Assembly (NCBI GenBank): GCA_030595185.1
Contig: JAUVDT010000002.1
Coordinates: forward strand, 1 to 61,125
Direction: 5' to 3'
DNA length: 61,125 nucleotides
Source: Gammaproteobacteria bacterium
Lineage (GTDB): Bacteria; Pseudomonadota; Gammaproteobacteria; SZUA-229
In this document: positions 28,023 to 38,427 of the stretch, piece after piece
Layout: each line of letters starts with the position of its first letter
How positions within the stretch are numbered: the stretch's first letter is position 1
Program-made: the position numbers and the translations under genes
Notes under the pieces: model-generated
The model's input: the letters and a program-made list of their open reading frames with translations, nothing else
What the model was told of the DNA's origin: nothing
Database searches by the model: none

Positions 28023-29408
28023 ATGCTGCGAATATACAATACCCTGACGAATAAAAAAGAAGAATTTGTACCGATTGAACCAGGCAAAGTGAAAATGTAC
28101 GTCTGTGGTATGACGGTCTATGATTTATGTCATATTGGTCATGCTCGCGTGTTGGTTGTGTTTGATATGGTGACGCGCTTTTTACGCAGCAGTGGTTATG
28201 ACGTTACCTATATCCGAAATATTACTGATATTGACGATAAAATTATTCAGCGTGCAAATGAAAATGCAGAAGATTTCACCAAACTCACTGGGCGTTTTAT
28301 AGAAGCAATGCATGAAGATGCAGCGGCACTGAATATTTTGCCGCCAGACGATGAGCCTAAAGCCACTGCCTATATGGATGACATCATTAAAATGGTGTCT
28401 GATCTTATTGATAAGGGTTTTGCCTATGCTGGTGATAATGGTGACGTGTATTACGCCATCGATCAATTCAAAACCTACGGTAAACTATCGGGTAAAAAAC
28501 TTGAGGATTTAAGAGCTGGTGAGCGAGTTGCTGTTGATACCAATAAAAAAGACCCACTAGATTTCGTATTGTGGAAAGCCGCTAAACCGGATGAGCCTAG
28601 TTGGGATTCGCCTTGGGGTAAAGGCCGTCCTGGTTGGCACATTGAGTGCTCGGCAATGTCGACATGTTGCTTGGGTAATCATTTTGATATTCATGGAGGC
28701 GGACAAGATTTGCAGTTTCCGCATCATGAAAACGAAATTGCACAATCAGAAGCTGCGACCGGCGAAAAATTTGTTAATGTGTGGATGCATAATGGCTTTG
28801 TGCGAATTGATGATGAAAAAATGTCGAAATCTTTGGGCAACTTTTTTACCATTCGAGAAGTGCTAAAACAATATCGGGCTGAAGAGGTCAGGTACTTTAT
28901 TTTGGCTAGCCATTATCGTAGCCCATTAAATTATGCCGATAGTCTATTGGATTCTGCGCAATCTGCTTTGGCGCGTCTGTATACATCTCTACGGGGTATG
29001 GATATCAAGAGCGGTGATCTGGATGACGAATCAGTATCTCGTTTTAATGATGCAATGAATGAAGACTTTAATACGGCAGAGGCTTTGGCTGTATTGTTTG
29101 ATTTGGCTAATAAAATTAACAAGAGTCGTAATGATGAGCCGGAAGATGCCATTAAGTACGCGAGCACTTTAAAGAACCTGGCTGGAATTTTAGGTTTGCT
29201 TGAAGATAACCCTGATGAATTCCTTAAGAGTGCAGCTGGCGGTGATATTTCGGATGACAGTAAAGAAATAGACAGTCTTGTTAATGAGCGTATTCAGGCA
29301 AAACAGGATAAAAACTGGCAGCGAGCAGATGAAATCCGCGATCAATTACATGCGATGGGTGTTGAGCTAGAAGATAATGGTCAACAAACTAGCTGGCGCA
29401 GGGTTTGA
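28023..29408 (+). CDS. cysS: Cysteine--tRNA ligase
   Basis: HIGHAR and KMSKS class I signatures, plus zinc-binding CGMTVYD. Confidence 0.97.
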   Translation: MLRIYNTLTNKKEEFVPIEPGKVKMYVCGMTVYDLCHIGHARVLVVFDMVTRFLRSSGYDVTYIRNITDIDDKIIQRANENAEDFTKLTGRFIEAMHEDAAALNILPPDDEPKATAYMDDIIKMVSDLIDKGFAYAGDNGDVYYAIDQFKTYGKLSGKKLEDLRAGERVAVDTNKKDPLDFVLWKAAKPDEPSWDSPWGKGRPGWHIECSAMSTCCLGNHFDIHGGGQDLQFPHHENEIAQSEAATGEKFVNVWMHNGFVRIDDEKMSKSLGNFFTIREVLKQYRAEEVRYFILASHYRSPLNYADSLLDSAQSALARLYTSLRGMDIKSGDLDDESVSRFNDAMNEDFNTAEALAVLFDLANKINKSRNDEPEDAIKYASTLKNLAGILGLLEDNPDEFLKSAAGGDISDDSKEIDSLVNERIQAKQDKNWQRADEIRDQLHAMGVELEDNGQQTSWRRV

Positions 29409-29480
29409 TGCTTGTGGCTTGCTCATAACGGTCTATACTTTTAATGTATTTTATTAAAATTGCCAATAGTGAGAAATGAA

Positions 29481-29834
29481 ATGAGTGATGACAGACGACA
29501 TTATCAGCGTGTGGGCTTTGATGCTGAAGTAGTAATGGATCATGGCGATGCGTCTTGGGTGTGTCATTTGGTTGATATCTCATTAAAAGGACTATTGGTT
29601 ATGTTTCCTGATGATGTTTCTGCAAGTTTAGATGACGTGTACGAGATGGATTTTCGCTTAGGTGCTGATGCGGCTATTAAAATGCATGTCAAAGTAAAGC
29701 ATATTGAGGAGCATTTAGTCGGTCTTGAGTGGAGTGATATCGATTTAGAAAGCTTGACCCACCTGCGGCGACTGCTTGAACTCAATCTGCCTGATCCTGA
29801 AGAAATGCATCGAGAATTATCAGAGCTGGGCTAG
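29481..29834 (+). CDS. Single-domain PilZ protein (putative c-di-GMP receptor)
   Basis: RRHYQR (RxxxR) near the N-terminus and DISLKG (D/NxSxxG) about 30 aa later. ATG 29481 is preferred to the upstream TTG at 29460. Confidence 0.8.
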   Translation: MSDDRRHYQRVGFDAEVVMDHGDASWVCHLVDISLKGLLVMFPDDVSASLDDVYEMDFRLGADAAIKMHVKVKHIEEHLVGLEWSDIDLESLTHLRRLLELNLPDPEEMHRELSELG

Positions 29835-29927
29835 ATTTCTATTAACTCATTGAATCTATTGTTAAAAATGTTCAATTTTAGAATTATTCTGATTCTTTTT
29901 TAAATATCAATTAACTCTCGTTTATTA

Positions 29928-29982
29928 ATACTTGACTAATTTACTAGGTTAAGATAAATTCCCTGCTAATCTAGTCAGGAAT
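29928..29982 (+). promoter_or_regulatory. Putative isc promoter with two IscR type-1-like boxes
   Basis: Box 1 ATACTTGACTAATTTACTAGGTTAA (29928-29952) and box 2 ATTCCCTGCTAATCTAGTCAGGAAT (29958-29982), compared with the E. coli type-1 consensus ATASYYGACTRWWWYAGTCRRSTAT. Candidate -35 TTGACT (29932-37), 17-nt spacer, -10 TAAATT (29955-60). Confidence 0.55.
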
Positions 29983-29997
29983 TCAACGGGAGTTCAA

Positions 29998-30492
29998 ATG
30001 AGGTTATCTACTAAAGGTCGATATGGTGTCACAGCAATGATGGATTTAGCCATTCATGATGGTGTGGGTCCTGTGACACTTGCTGATATTTCCCAATGTC
30101 AGGGTATCTCTCTATCCTATTTAGAGCAGTTATTTTCAAAATTACGCAAAAGCGGTTTAGTTGACGGTGTACGTGGGCCGGGTGGTGGTTATAAATTAGC
30201 TCGCCCAGCAGACAGCATCACAGTCGCCGAAATTATAGTTGCCGTTGATGAGCGCGTTGATATCACAAATTGTGGTGGCGCAGGTGATTGTCAAAATGGA
30301 CAGCGTTGTTTGACGCATGAATTGTGGACTGAGCTAAGTACTCGTTTATATGATTTTTTAAATGATATTACATTATCTCAATTTGTTAATCGTCCTGGTA
30401 TTCGTCAATTAGCAATGGAACGCGATGAGATTAATGGTCGTTTTGCTTTGGCTAAAAGACAAGCAACAGCGCTAAGACAAGAGGCTCGTTGA
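29998..30492 (+). CDS. iscR: Fe-S cluster assembly transcriptional regulator IscR
   Basis: Rrf2 wHTH ([18 protein letters not shown]) and cluster ligands C-x5-C-x5-C-x2-H ([16 protein letters not shown]). Confidence 0.95.
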   Translation: MRLSTKGRYGVTAMMDLAIHDGVGPVTLADISQCQGISLSYLEQLFSKLRKSGLVDGVRGPGGGYKLARPADSITVAEIIVAVDERVDITNCGGAGDCQNGQRCLTHELWTELSTRLYDFLNDITLSQFVNRPGIRQLAMERDEINGRFALAKRQATALRQEAR

Positions 30493-30501
30493 GAGTAAAT
30501 T

Positions 30502-31716
30502 ATGAAGCTTCCTATTTATTTTGATTATGCAGCAACGACACCGGTTGATCCTCGTGTTGCAGAAAAAATGATTCAATATCTAACACCAGATGGTGATTAT
30601 GGTAACCCTGCATCAAGTTCTCATTCTTTTGGCTGGGCAGCAGAAAATGCTATTAATGAGGCGCGCGCGAACGTAGCGGCTTTATTGAATGCTAATCCGA
30701 AAGAAATTGTGTTCACGTCAGGTGCTACAGAGTCAGATAATCTTGCGATTAAAGGTGTTGCTCATTTCTATCAAAAGAAAGGTAAGCACATAATTACCAG
30801 TAAAACTGAACACAAGGCTGTATTGGATAGCTGTCGTCAGTTAGAACGTGAAGGTTTTGAAGTAACTTATCTAGACCCTGAGCCAAATGGCATCGTTAAG
30901 TTAGAAACAATTACAGCTGCTATGCGTGATGACACTGTTTTAGTGAGCATTATGCACGTTAATAATGAAACCGGTATTATTCAAGATATCGCTGCAATTG
31001 GTGACGCCTGTCGTGACAAAGGTATTGTTTTTCACGTCGATGCGGCCCAAAGCGCAGGTAAAGTAGAAATTGATGTTGAAGCAATGAAGGTCGATTTAAT
31101 CAGCCTTTCAGCACATAAAGTCTATGGTCCAAAAGGTATCGGCGCGTTATATGTGCGTCGTAAGCCAAGAATTCGTTTAGAAGCCCAAATGCACGGTGGC
31201 GGTCATGAGCGTGGTATGCGTTCAGGTACATTAGCGACACACCAAATTGCTGGTATGGGTGAGGCGTTTCGAATCGCTAAAGAAGAAATGAGTAAAGACC
31301 GTGAGCATATTATCGCCTTACGTAATCGCTTATGGAATGGCGTTAAAGACATGGAAGAAGTCTACATTAACGGTGATTTAGATTTGGGTGTTCCAGGTAT
31401 CTTCAATGCCAGTTTTAACTTTGTCGAAGGTGAAAGTTTGATGATGAGCTTGAAAGACCTTGCGATTTCAAGTGGTTCAGCATGTACTTCAGCCAGTTTA
31501 GAGCCTAGTTACGTATTACGTGCTTTAGGTCGTAACGATGAATTAGCACATAGTTCATTACGCTTTAGTATCGGTCGGTTTACAAAAGAAGAAGAGATTG
31601 ATTACGCAATAGCAGAAGTGCGCAAAGCAGTGGTGAAACTGCGTGCTTTAAGCCCTCTTTGGGATATGTATAAAGAGGGCATAGACTTAAATTCAGTACA
31701 GTGGGCTGCCCACTAG
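30502..31716 (+). CDS. iscS: Cysteine desulfurase IscS
   Basis: PLP lysine [10 protein letters not shown], active-site loop SSGSACTS, C-terminal VQWAAH. Confidence 0.97.
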   Translation: MKLPIYFDYAATTPVDPRVAEKMIQYLTPDGDYGNPASSSHSFGWAAENAINEARANVAALLNANPKEIVFTSGATESDNLAIKGVAHFYQKKGKHIITSKTEHKAVLDSCRQLEREGFEVTYLDPEPNGIVKLETITAAMRDDTVLVSIMHVNNETGIIQDIAAIGDACRDKGIVFHVDAAQSAGKVEIDVEAMKVDLISLSAHKVYGPKGIGALYVRRKPRIRLEAQMHGGGHERGMRSGTLATHQIAGMGEAFRIAKEEMSKDREHIIALRNRLWNGVKDMEEVYINGDLDLGVPGIFNASFNFVEGESLMMSLKDLAISSGSACTSASLEPSYVLRALGRNDELAHSSLRFSIGRFTKEEEIDYAIAEVRKAVVKLRALSPLWDMYKEGIDLNSVQWAAH

Positions 31717-31732
31717 AGCTATCACTGCTTTA

Positions 31733-31826
31733 CCCCTGAGGGTGTTGCAATCCTGAATTTGAATGCTCATTTACTACTCGTAAACTCCGCTTCAAATTCA
31801 GAATCGCGCCTACTCAGAAATAAAGC
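31733..31826 (+). repeat. Structured intergenic repeat unit, copy 1 (82-nt three-tier hairpin 31736-31817)
   Basis: Stems CTGAG/CTCAG (31736-40 / 31813-17), CTGAATTTGAA/TTCAAATTCAG (31753-63 / 31791-801) and TTTAC/GTAAA (31770-74 / 31780-84). Confidence 0.85.
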
Positions 31827-31870
31827 ATTGATGCTCTAGAATAGAAATTGAGTGCGCCTGCATTATTTCA

Positions 31871-31964
31871 CTTCTGGGGGTGTTGCGAAGCCGATTTCAA
31901 ATGCTCATTTGCTACAAGCAAACTGCGCTTTAAAATCAACTTCGCGCCTACCCAGAAATGAAAT
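31871..31964 (+). repeat. Structured intergenic repeat unit, copy 2 (82-nt three-tier hairpin 31874-31955)
   Basis: Offset 138 nt from copy 1. Stems CTGGG/CCCAG (31874-78 / 31951-55), GCGAAG/CTTCGC (31885-90 / 31940-45), GATTT/AAATC (31893-97 / 31933-37) and TTTGCT/AGCAAA (31908-13 / 31917-22). Confidence 0.85.
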
Positions 31965-32164
31965 ATCGAAGGCTTAGAGTTTGAAGAATTTCTTGTGGTA
32001 AAGAGCCTAAAATAACTCGGTTTTCTTTGCGTTACAGTGTCTTTACGACGAAAAGCATGGCTCAAGTGCATTTTTAGGCATTTAGATTATTAGAATTTGC
32101 TTTTATGGTTTAGAAATAGACTAAAACAGCGTAAAATAAGCATTATATTAGAGGTATTAAGATC

Positions 32165-32542
32165 ATGGCATATAGCGAAAAAGTACTGGATCACTATGAG
32201 AATCCAAGAAATGTAGGTAGCTTCGATAAAGACGAGAAGGGTGTTGGCACTGGTATGGTTGGTGCACCTGCTTGTGGTGATGTTATGCGTCTACAAATTA
32301 AAGTCGGTGATGACGGTGTTATCGAAGATGCTGTATTTAAGACATATGGTTGTGGTTCCGCTATTGCATCAAGCTCATTGTTAACTGAATGGGTTAAAGG
32401 TAAGACTTTAGACGAAGCTAAAGCGATTAAAAATCAGGATATTGCTGATGAGCTGGCTTTGCCACCAGTTAAAGTGCATTGCTCAGTATTAGCTGAAGAT
32501 GCAATTAAATCTGCAATCAAAGACTATCAGTCAAAGAATTAA
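32165..32542 (+). CDS. iscU: Fe-S cluster assembly scaffold IscU
   Basis: GAPACGDVM, GCGSAIASSS and LPPVKVHCS motifs. Confidence 0.97.
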   Translation: MAYSEKVLDHYENPRNVGSFDKDEKGVGTGMVGAPACGDVMRLQIKVGDDGVIEDAVFKTYGCGSAIASSSLLTEWVKGKTLDEAKAIKNQDIADELALPPVKVHCSVLAEDAIKSAIKDYQSKN

Positions 32543-32560
32543 TAGAGGTTTCCACTAACA

Positions 32561-32884
32561 ATGGCTATTACGATAACTGCTCCGGCAGCTGAACGTGTCA
32601 GTACTTTTTTAGCTAATCGCGGTAGTGGTGTTGGTATCCGTTTAGGTGTTAAAACGACGGGTTGCTCTGGTATGGCTTATGTTATCGAATTTGTTGATGA
32701 AGTCACTGACAATGACGAGGTTTTTGAAGGCAATGGTGTAAAAGTTATTGTTGATAAAAAAAGCCTAGTCTATATCGATGGTACGGAGTTAGATTACACA
32801 AAAGAAGGTCTTAATGAAGGGTTTGCATTTAATAACCCTAATGAAGGCGATCGTTGTGGTTGTGGTGAAAGTTTCACTGTTTGA
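32561..32884 (+). CDS. iscA: Iron-binding A-type carrier IscA
   Basis: GCSGMAY and C-terminal CGCGESF motifs, 107 aa. Confidence 0.95.
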   Translation: MAITITAPAAERVSTFLANRGSGVGIRLGVKTTGCSGMAYVIEFVDEVTDNDEVFEGNGVKVIVDKKSLVYIDGTELDYTKEGLNEGFAFNNPNEGDRCGCGESFTV

Positions 32885-32909
32885 TGAACTTCATTTATTA
32901 TCCTCTAAT

Positions 32910-32946
32910 AACCCCGGCAACTTAATCGACGTCGGGGTTTTTAATT
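32910..32946 (+). terminator. Intrinsic terminator/attenuator-like hairpin between iscA and hscB
   Basis: Stem AACCCCGGC / GTCGGGGTT (one G-U pair), 12-nt loop, followed by TTTTTAATTT. Confidence 0.6.
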
Positions 32947-32979
32947 TATCCAACCTATTAATTATTGATTCAAAGCTAA

Positions 32980-33525
32980 ATGTCTGATTTATTTTCAAAA
33001 AACTATTTCGAGATTTTTAATATTCCAGTGTCATTCGATTTGGATAATGCGCAATTGTCTGTTTTGTATAGAGAGTTACAAAAAGAAGTGCACCCAGATA
33101 AATTTGTAAACGCAGGTGAACAACAAAGTCGTTTAGCGGTACAAGTAACTTCTCTGGTTAATCAAGCTTTCGAGACTCTTAAGTCACCTGTTAATAGAGC
33201 TCATTATTTATTGAAATTAGCGGGCTTAGATATTGACCACGAACAAGATACGACAATGGACCCTATGTTCTTAATGGAACAGATGGAGTTACGTGAAGAA
33301 ATAGAATCAGTACGTTCAAAAGCTGATCCATTAGATGAAATTGATCGTCTAATGAAACAAGTAAAAAAAATGTTAGCCGATGTTATGCAATCCTATTCAT
33401 CGGCTTACGAAAAAGAAAAGTATAGTGAGGCGCATGAGTGGTCTCGTAAAATGCAGTTTTTAAATAAAAACACGCAGGAACTTGATGATATAGCCGTGGC
33501 TATTGAAGACGAGTTACTGGGTTAA
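32980..33525 (+). CDS. hscB: Co-chaperone HscB
   Basis: J-domain with HPD (KEVHPDKF), 181 aa, positioned between iscA and hscA. Confidence 0.92.
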   Translation: MSDLFSKNYFEIFNIPVSFDLDNAQLSVLYRELQKEVHPDKFVNAGEQQSRLAVQVTSLVNQAFETLKSPVNRAHYLLKLAGLDIDHEQDTTMDPMFLMEQMELREEIESVRSKADPLDEIDRLMKQVKKMLADVMQSYSSAYEKEKYSEAHEWSRKMQFLNKNTQELDDIAVAIEDELLG

Positions 33526-33540
33526 GTTCGGAATTAAGTA

Positions 33541-35427
33541 ATGGCTTTATTACAAATCGCAGAACCTGGTCAATCAACCGCGCCGCATCAACACAAGCTT
33601 GCGATTGGTATAGACTTGGGCACCACAAACTCTCTTGTTGCATCCGTTCGAAGTGGTGAATCTACTACATTAAAAAATGACGATGGAAATTCAATTTTGC
33701 CTTCAGTTGTTCATTACGCTGCCGACAAAACGATTACCGTTGGTAAAGCGGCAAAAGATCAAGCGATTGCAGACCCTCATAATACCGTTGTTTCTGTAAA
33801 ACGTTTAATGGGTAGAGCAACAAAAGATTTAAAAACACTGGGTGAACATTTACCGTATGAATTTACGGGTGAAGAAACTGGTGTGCCTCGGATAAAAACA
33901 GTTGCCGGTGATTTTAGTGCCATTGAAGTTTCAGCTGATATTTTAAAAGCTCTGAAAATGCGCGCTGAAAAAACATTAGGTGGAGATTTGTCGGGTGCTG
34001 TCATTACAGTACCTGCTTACTTTGATGATGCGCAACGTCAAGCCACTAAAGATGCTGCCAAACTTGCTGACTTAAAAGTGTTGCGTCTCTTAAATGAACC
34101 CACTGCCGCAGCAGTTGCTTATGGTTTAGATAGTGGCGAAGAGGGTGTGGTTGCCATCTATGACTTAGGTGGTGGTACGTTCGATATATCTATTCTGCGC
34201 TTAAATAAAGGTGTTTTTGAAGTTTTGTCTACCGGTGGTGATAGTGCACTTGGTGGCGATGACTTTGATTTAGCTGTTGCTGAATGGATGATGGCAGAAG
34301 CAAAAATCACAGAGCTTACACCATCGCTTAATCGACAAATTATCACAGAAGCATGCCGTGCAAAAGAAGCGTTAACAGGTGCAGATTCAGTGGCTGTTAC
34401 ATTAGAACTTGATGGAAATAATTGGCAGCATGAGTTAAGCAAAGAATCATTTAATGACTTAGTGTCTTCATTAGTGAGTAAGACATTAGCATCATGTCGT
34501 CGCGCATTACGTGATGCCGGTATTGATAAAGATGAAATCAAAAATGTTGTATTGGTGGGTGGTTCAACACGTGTGCCCGTAGTTAGAGAACAAGTTGGTC
34601 AGTTTTTTAATATCGAACCCTTGACGAATATTGACCCGGATGAGGTCGTTGCATTAGGCGCATCGTTACAAGCTGATATTTTGGCCGGTAATAATCAGGA
34701 TGGCGATTTATTGTTACTGGATGTTTTACCGTTGTCTCTTGGTATAGAAACAATGGGGGGCTTAGCTGAAAAAATTATTCACCGTAATACGCCAATCCCT
34801 GTTGCACGAGCACAAGATTTTACAACGTATAAAGATGGACAAACAGCACTGGCTGTTCACGTTGTTCAAGGTGAACGAGAATTAGTGTCAGATTGTCGTT
34901 CACTTGCACGGTTTGAATTACGCGGAATACCACCAATGGTGGCGGGTGCTGCACGTATTCGTGTTACCTATCAAGTAGATGCAGATGGCTTGCTTAGTGT
35001 TTCAGCGAAAGAAGAAGGCAGCGGTGTTGAGACGAATGTAACTGTTAAACCTTCTTATGGTCTTTCAGACAATGAGATTGAGGGTATGTTACGCGACTCA
35101 ATGGAAAATGCTAAAGAAGATATGGATGTGCGCAAACTACGGGAAGAGCAGGTAGAAGCCGATCGTGTTATTGAGGCGATAGATGCTGCATTATTATCGG
35201 ATGGCGAACGTTTATTGTCGGCAGATGAAAGAATTAGAATTGACCAGTCGCGAATAAAGTTAGCTGAAGTTAGAAAAACCAGTGAAAAAGCCGAAATTAT
35301 TAAACAGGCGATAAAAGATTTAGAGAAAACTTGTGAAGACTATATTGCACGACGAATGAATCAAAGTATTCATGATGCAATGGCAGGACATAAGATAGAT
35401 GAATACACAGCTGATAAAGATGCTTAA
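33541..35427 (+). CDS. hscA: Fe-S protein assembly chaperone HscA (Hsp70 family)
   Basis: [26 protein letters not shown] Hsp70 motifs; 628 aa. Confidence 0.96.
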   Translation: MALLQIAEPGQSTAPHQHKLAIGIDLGTTNSLVASVRSGESTTLKNDDGNSILPSVVHYAADKTITVGKAAKDQAIADPHNTVVSVKRLMGRATKDLKTLGEHLPYEFTGEETGVPRIKTVAGDFSAIEVSADILKALKMRAEKTLGGDLSGAVITVPAYFDDAQRQATKDAAKLADLKVLRLLNEPTAAAVAYGLDSGEEGVVAIYDLGGGTFDISILRLNKGVFEVLSTGGDSALGGDDFDLAVAEWMMAEAKITELTPSLNRQIITEACRAKEALTGADSVAVTLELDGNNWQHELSKESFNDLVSSLVSKTLASCRRALRDAGIDKDEIKNVVLVGGSTRVPVVREQVGQFFNIEPLTNIDPDEVVALGASLQADILAGNNQDGDLLLLDVLPLSLGIETMGGLAEKIIHRNTPIPVARAQDFTTYKDGQTALAVHVVQGERELVSDCRSLARFELRGIPPMVAGAARIRVTYQVDADGLLSVSAKEEGSGVETNVTVKPSYGLSDNEIEGMLRDSMENAKEDMDVRKLREEQVEADRVIEAIDAALLSDGERLLSADERIRIDQSRIKLAEVRKTSEKAEIIKQAIKDLEKTCEDYIARRMNQSIHDAMAGHKIDEYTADKDA

Positions 35428-35464
35428 ACAGTTATCAGTAATTGAAACCAGAGGTTAATGTTAA

Positions 35465-35803
35465 ATGACTCAAATAATTTTTTTACCACATGATGAAATG
35501 TGTCCGGATGGTAAAGTGTTTGAAGCGGAGCCAGGTGTCACAATTTGTGATGCGGCCCTTGCTAATGGTATTGAGATAGAGCATGCCTGCGAAAAGTCAT
35601 GTGCATGTACCACGTGTCATGTTTATATTCGCGAAGGTGGTGATTCTTTAGAAGAAGCAACTGAAACGGAAGATGATTTTCTAGATAAAGCATGGGGCTT
35701 AGATCCAGATTCACGCTTAAGCTGTCAGGCAAAAGTAGGTGATGTTGATCTAGTTATTGAGGTTCCAAAATACACCATCAATATGGTTTCAGAGAACCAC
35801 TAG
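35465..35803 (+). CDS. fdx: ISC-system [2Fe-2S] ferredoxin
   Basis: Cys ligands CEKSCACTTCH ... SCQ; 112 aa. Confidence 0.95.
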   Translation: MTQIIFLPHDEMCPDGKVFEAEPGVTICDAALANGIEIEHACEKSCACTTCHVYIREGGDSLEEATETEDDFLDKAWGLDPDSRLSCQAKVGDVDLVIEVPKYTINMVSENH

Positions 35804-35812
35804 AGGCTTATT

Positions 35813-36013
35813 ATGAGATTAAAATGGATAGATACACTCGATATCGCAATTGAGTTAGATGAGACTCATCCTGAAATCGACCCTAAAAAGATACGTTTTA
35901 CAGACTTGCATCAATGGGTCTGTGAATTGCCTGATTTTGACGATGATCCTGATAGATCTGGCGAAAAAATACTCGAAGCTATTCAAATGGCTTGGATCGA
36001 AGAAAAAGACTGA
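35813..36013 (+). CDS. iscX: Fe-S assembly protein IscX
   Basis: 66 aa, acidic, MRLKWIDTLDIAIELDETHPEIDP, resembling YfhJ/IscX. Last gene of the isc cluster. Confidence 0.85.
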   Translation: MRLKWIDTLDIAIELDETHPEIDPKKIRFTDLHQWVCELPDFDDDPDRSGEKILEAIQMAWIEEKD

Positions 36014-36057
36014 CAAAGCCCGCTAAAATAGTGTTTTTCGGCCTTTATTCAAACCTC

Positions 36058-36090
36058 AAACCCGCGTAAAATAAGCGGGTTTGTTTATTC
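36058..36090 (+). terminator. Intrinsic terminator after iscX
   Basis: Stem AAACCCGC / GCGGGTTT (36058-65 / 36075-82), followed by GTTTATTCTTATTT. Confidence 0.75.
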
Positions 36091-36131
36091 TTATTTACTG
36101 ATTTTTAATTTAATTATACTGGAGTTACTAC

Positions 36132-36560
36132 ATGGCCTTAGAGCGCACTTATTCAATGATCAAACCTGATGCTGTTGCCAAGAACGTTATTGGTGAAATT
36201 TACAGCCGTTTTGAAAAAGCAGGTTTAAAGATCGTCGCTTCTAAAATGATCCACATGTCACGCGAGCAGGCTGAGTCTTTCTACGGTGTACACAAAGAGC
36301 GTCCTTTCTTTAATGACCTTGTTTCTTTCATGATTTCTGGTCCTATTATGTGTCAGGTTCTTGAAGGTGAAGGTGCTATTGCTAAGAATCGCGATATTAT
36401 GGGCGCAACAAACCCAGCAGATGCAGAAGCCGGTACTATCCGTGCTGATTTCGCAGATTCTATCGACGAAAATGCAGTGCACGGTTCAGATGCAGCTGAA
36501 ACAGCAGCGGAAGAAATTGCGTTGATGTTCCCAGAAGGTATTTGTGAACGTACCCGTTAA
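36132..36560 (+). CDS. ndk: Nucleoside diphosphate kinase
   Basis: [12 protein letters not shown] start and active-site NAVHGSD. Confidence 0.97.
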   Translation: MALERTYSMIKPDAVAKNVIGEIYSRFEKAGLKIVASKMIHMSREQAESFYGVHKERPFFNDLVSFMISGPIMCQVLEGEGAIAKNRDIMGATNPADAEAGTIRADFADSIDENAVHGSDAAETAAEEIALMFPEGICERTR

Positions 36561-37671
36561 TCTGCTAGATAAGCCGGTTAAACAAAACCTGCTGGGTATG
36601 ACCCTGCAGGATCTTGAGGTCTTTTTCACCAAATCGGGGGAAAAGGCCTTTCGTGCTTCTCAGGTCATGAAATGGTTGCATCAACATCTGGCAGCAGACT
36701 TTGATGAAATGACCAATATCAGTAAGACCTTGCGCGAAACATTAAAGCAGGTCGCATCAATTGATGCACCAGAAATAGTGTTTGATCAAACCTCTTCTGA
36801 TGGCACTCGTAAGTGGGTAATGCAGATTGATGGTGGTAACAAGATAGAAACAGTATATATACCTGAATCTGGTCGAGGAACATTGTGTATTTCTTCGCAA
36901 GTGGGTTGTGCACTTGATTGCAGTTTTTGTTCTACAGCTCGTCAGGGGTTTAGTCGTAACCTAACATCTGCAGAAATTGTTGCACAGGTTTGGATGGCTA
37001 GTCGATTATTAGGTAGCAATAGCCGAGAAGATCGTAAAATAACAAATGTTGTTTTAATGGGAATGGGGGAGCCTCTTCTTAATTATGACAATGTATTAAA
37101 AGCAATTACTATTTTTATGCATGATAATGCATATGGATTAAGTAAGCGTCGCGTAACATTGAGTACGTCTGGCGTATTGCCAAAACTTGATTTATTAGGG
37201 CAAGATACAAATGTTGCATTGGCTGTGTCTTTACATGCCGTGACAGATAAAATTAGAGATAGTCTTGTTCCTGTTAATAAAAAATACCCTCTAAAAGACT
37301 TAATGGCATCATGTCGTCAGTATATAAATAACCAGTCAGCAAAAACTCATATTACATTTGAATACGTCATGCTCGATGGTGTTAATGATAGTCGTGATGA
37401 TGCGGTAAAATTAGTAAAATTATTAAAAGGCATTACAGCAAAAGTAAACCTGATACCTTTTAACCCCTTTCCTGATTCAGGTTATGAGTGTTCACCGATG
37501 CCTGTTATTAAAGAATTTAAAGAAATATTAATGAAATCGGGATTGATAGCGACAATAAGAAAAACCAGGGGTGAAGATATTGATGCAGCATGTGGTCAGC
37601 TAGTAGGTAAAGTCGAAGATAAAAGTCGACGAGAAAGAAAATTTGAAAATCCGCGTTATGGAATGAAATAA
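36544..37671 (+). CDS. rlmN: 23S rRNA/tRNA (adenine-C2)-methyltransferase RlmN
   Basis: Radical [21 protein letters not shown]-terminal ACGQL. GTG start overlaps the ndk end by 17 nt. Confidence 0.95.
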   Translation: MNVPVNLLDKPVKQNLLGMTLQDLEVFFTKSGEKAFRASQVMKWLHQHLAADFDEMTNISKTLRETLKQVASIDAPEIVFDQTSSDGTRKWVMQIDGGNKIETVYIPESGRGTLCISSQVGCALDCSFCSTARQGFSRNLTSAEIVAQVWMASRLLGSNSREDRKITNVVLMGMGEPLLNYDNVLKAITIFMHDNAYGLSKRRVTLSTSGVLPKLDLLGQDTNVALAVSLHAVTDKIRDSLVPVNKKYPLKDLMASCRQYINNQSAKTHITFEYVMLDGVNDSRDDAVKLVKLLKGITAKVNLIPFNPFPDSGYECSPMPVIKEFKEILMKSGLIATIRKTRGEDIDAACGQLVGKVEDKSRRERKFENPRYGMK

Positions 37672-38427
37672 ATGAAAATTATAATAATAACTACTCTTAT
37701 GTTTTTGGGGATGCAGGTCATTACAGGTTGTTCATCGTTTCAGGGAAAAGATGGTCCAAATTATAGGAAAGCTGCTGATATTAATGTTCGGTTGGGTGCA
37801 TCCTACTTACTACAAAAGAAAGTAGGGCTTGCTAGAACGAAGTTGGAAAAAGCCTTAGATCAAGACCCTGATAATGCTTTAGCTCATAGCACAATGGCTT
37901 TATTATTAGAAAATGTTGGTCAGCATGATGATGTTATTAGCCATTATGAAGAGGCTATTAGTCTTGCTCCTGATAACTCAGATATAAAAAATAACTTTGG
38001 TACATATTTATGTAACCAGTCTCGTTATGAAGAGGCACAAACGTTATTTCAAAAAGCAATTAATGATCCCTATTATAAAACGCCTATCGTCGCTTTAATT
38101 AATGCCGGTAAATGTGCGTTGACTAGTTCTAAATACAAAGTAGCTGAATCTTATTTACGAAAAGCTTTACGTAAAGATCCAAAGTCAATATCAGCGCTGT
38201 ATTCAATGGCTATATTAGGAGTTAAAAGTAAACGCTTTCTAATGACGCGGGCTTATGTTCAAAGGTATCATAGTATTGTTAAGCCTTCTGCAAAGAGTTT
38301 GTGGCTTCAAATTACGGCAGAAAAATCATTGGGTGATAAACAGGTCACTAATAAACTAATAAGTAAATTATATAAAGAGTTTCCTGATTCAGATGAAGCA
38401 GGTTTGGCAATGGGGTTAATACGTTAA
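37672..38427 (+). CDS. pilW: Type IV pilus biogenesis/stability TPR lipoprotein PilW (PilF of Pseudomonas)
   Basis: Lipobox VITGC and TPR repeats. Conserved position between rlmN and rodZ. Confidence 0.8.
   Translation: MKIIIITTLMFLGMQVITGCSSFQGKDGPNYRKAADINVRLGASYLLQKKVGLARTKLEKALDQDPDNALAHSTMALLLENVGQHDDVISHYEEAISLAPDNSDIKNNFGTYLCNQSRYEEAQTLFQKAINDPYYKTPIVALINAGKCALTSSKYKVAESYLRKALRKDPKSISALYSMAILGVKSKRFLMTRAYVQRYHSIVKPSAKSLWLQITAEKSLGDKQVTNKLISKLYKEFPDSDEAGLAMGLIR

Noticed and set aside
31736-31955. Possibility that the iscS-iscU hairpins are small self-cleaving ribozymes (hammerhead, twister) or tRNA-like elements
   Set aside because: CTGAGGG and CTGGGGG do not satisfy the hammerhead CUGANGA...GAAA core. 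I found no twister-like conserved loops and no cloverleaf. The fold is a simple extended imperfect hairpin.
31868-32071. 67-aa minus-strand ORF inside the iscS-iscU spacer
   Set aside because: It lies antisense across repeat copy 2, has no RBS, and the sequence is better explained by the hairpin-forming repeat. The equivalent frame is not open in copy 1.
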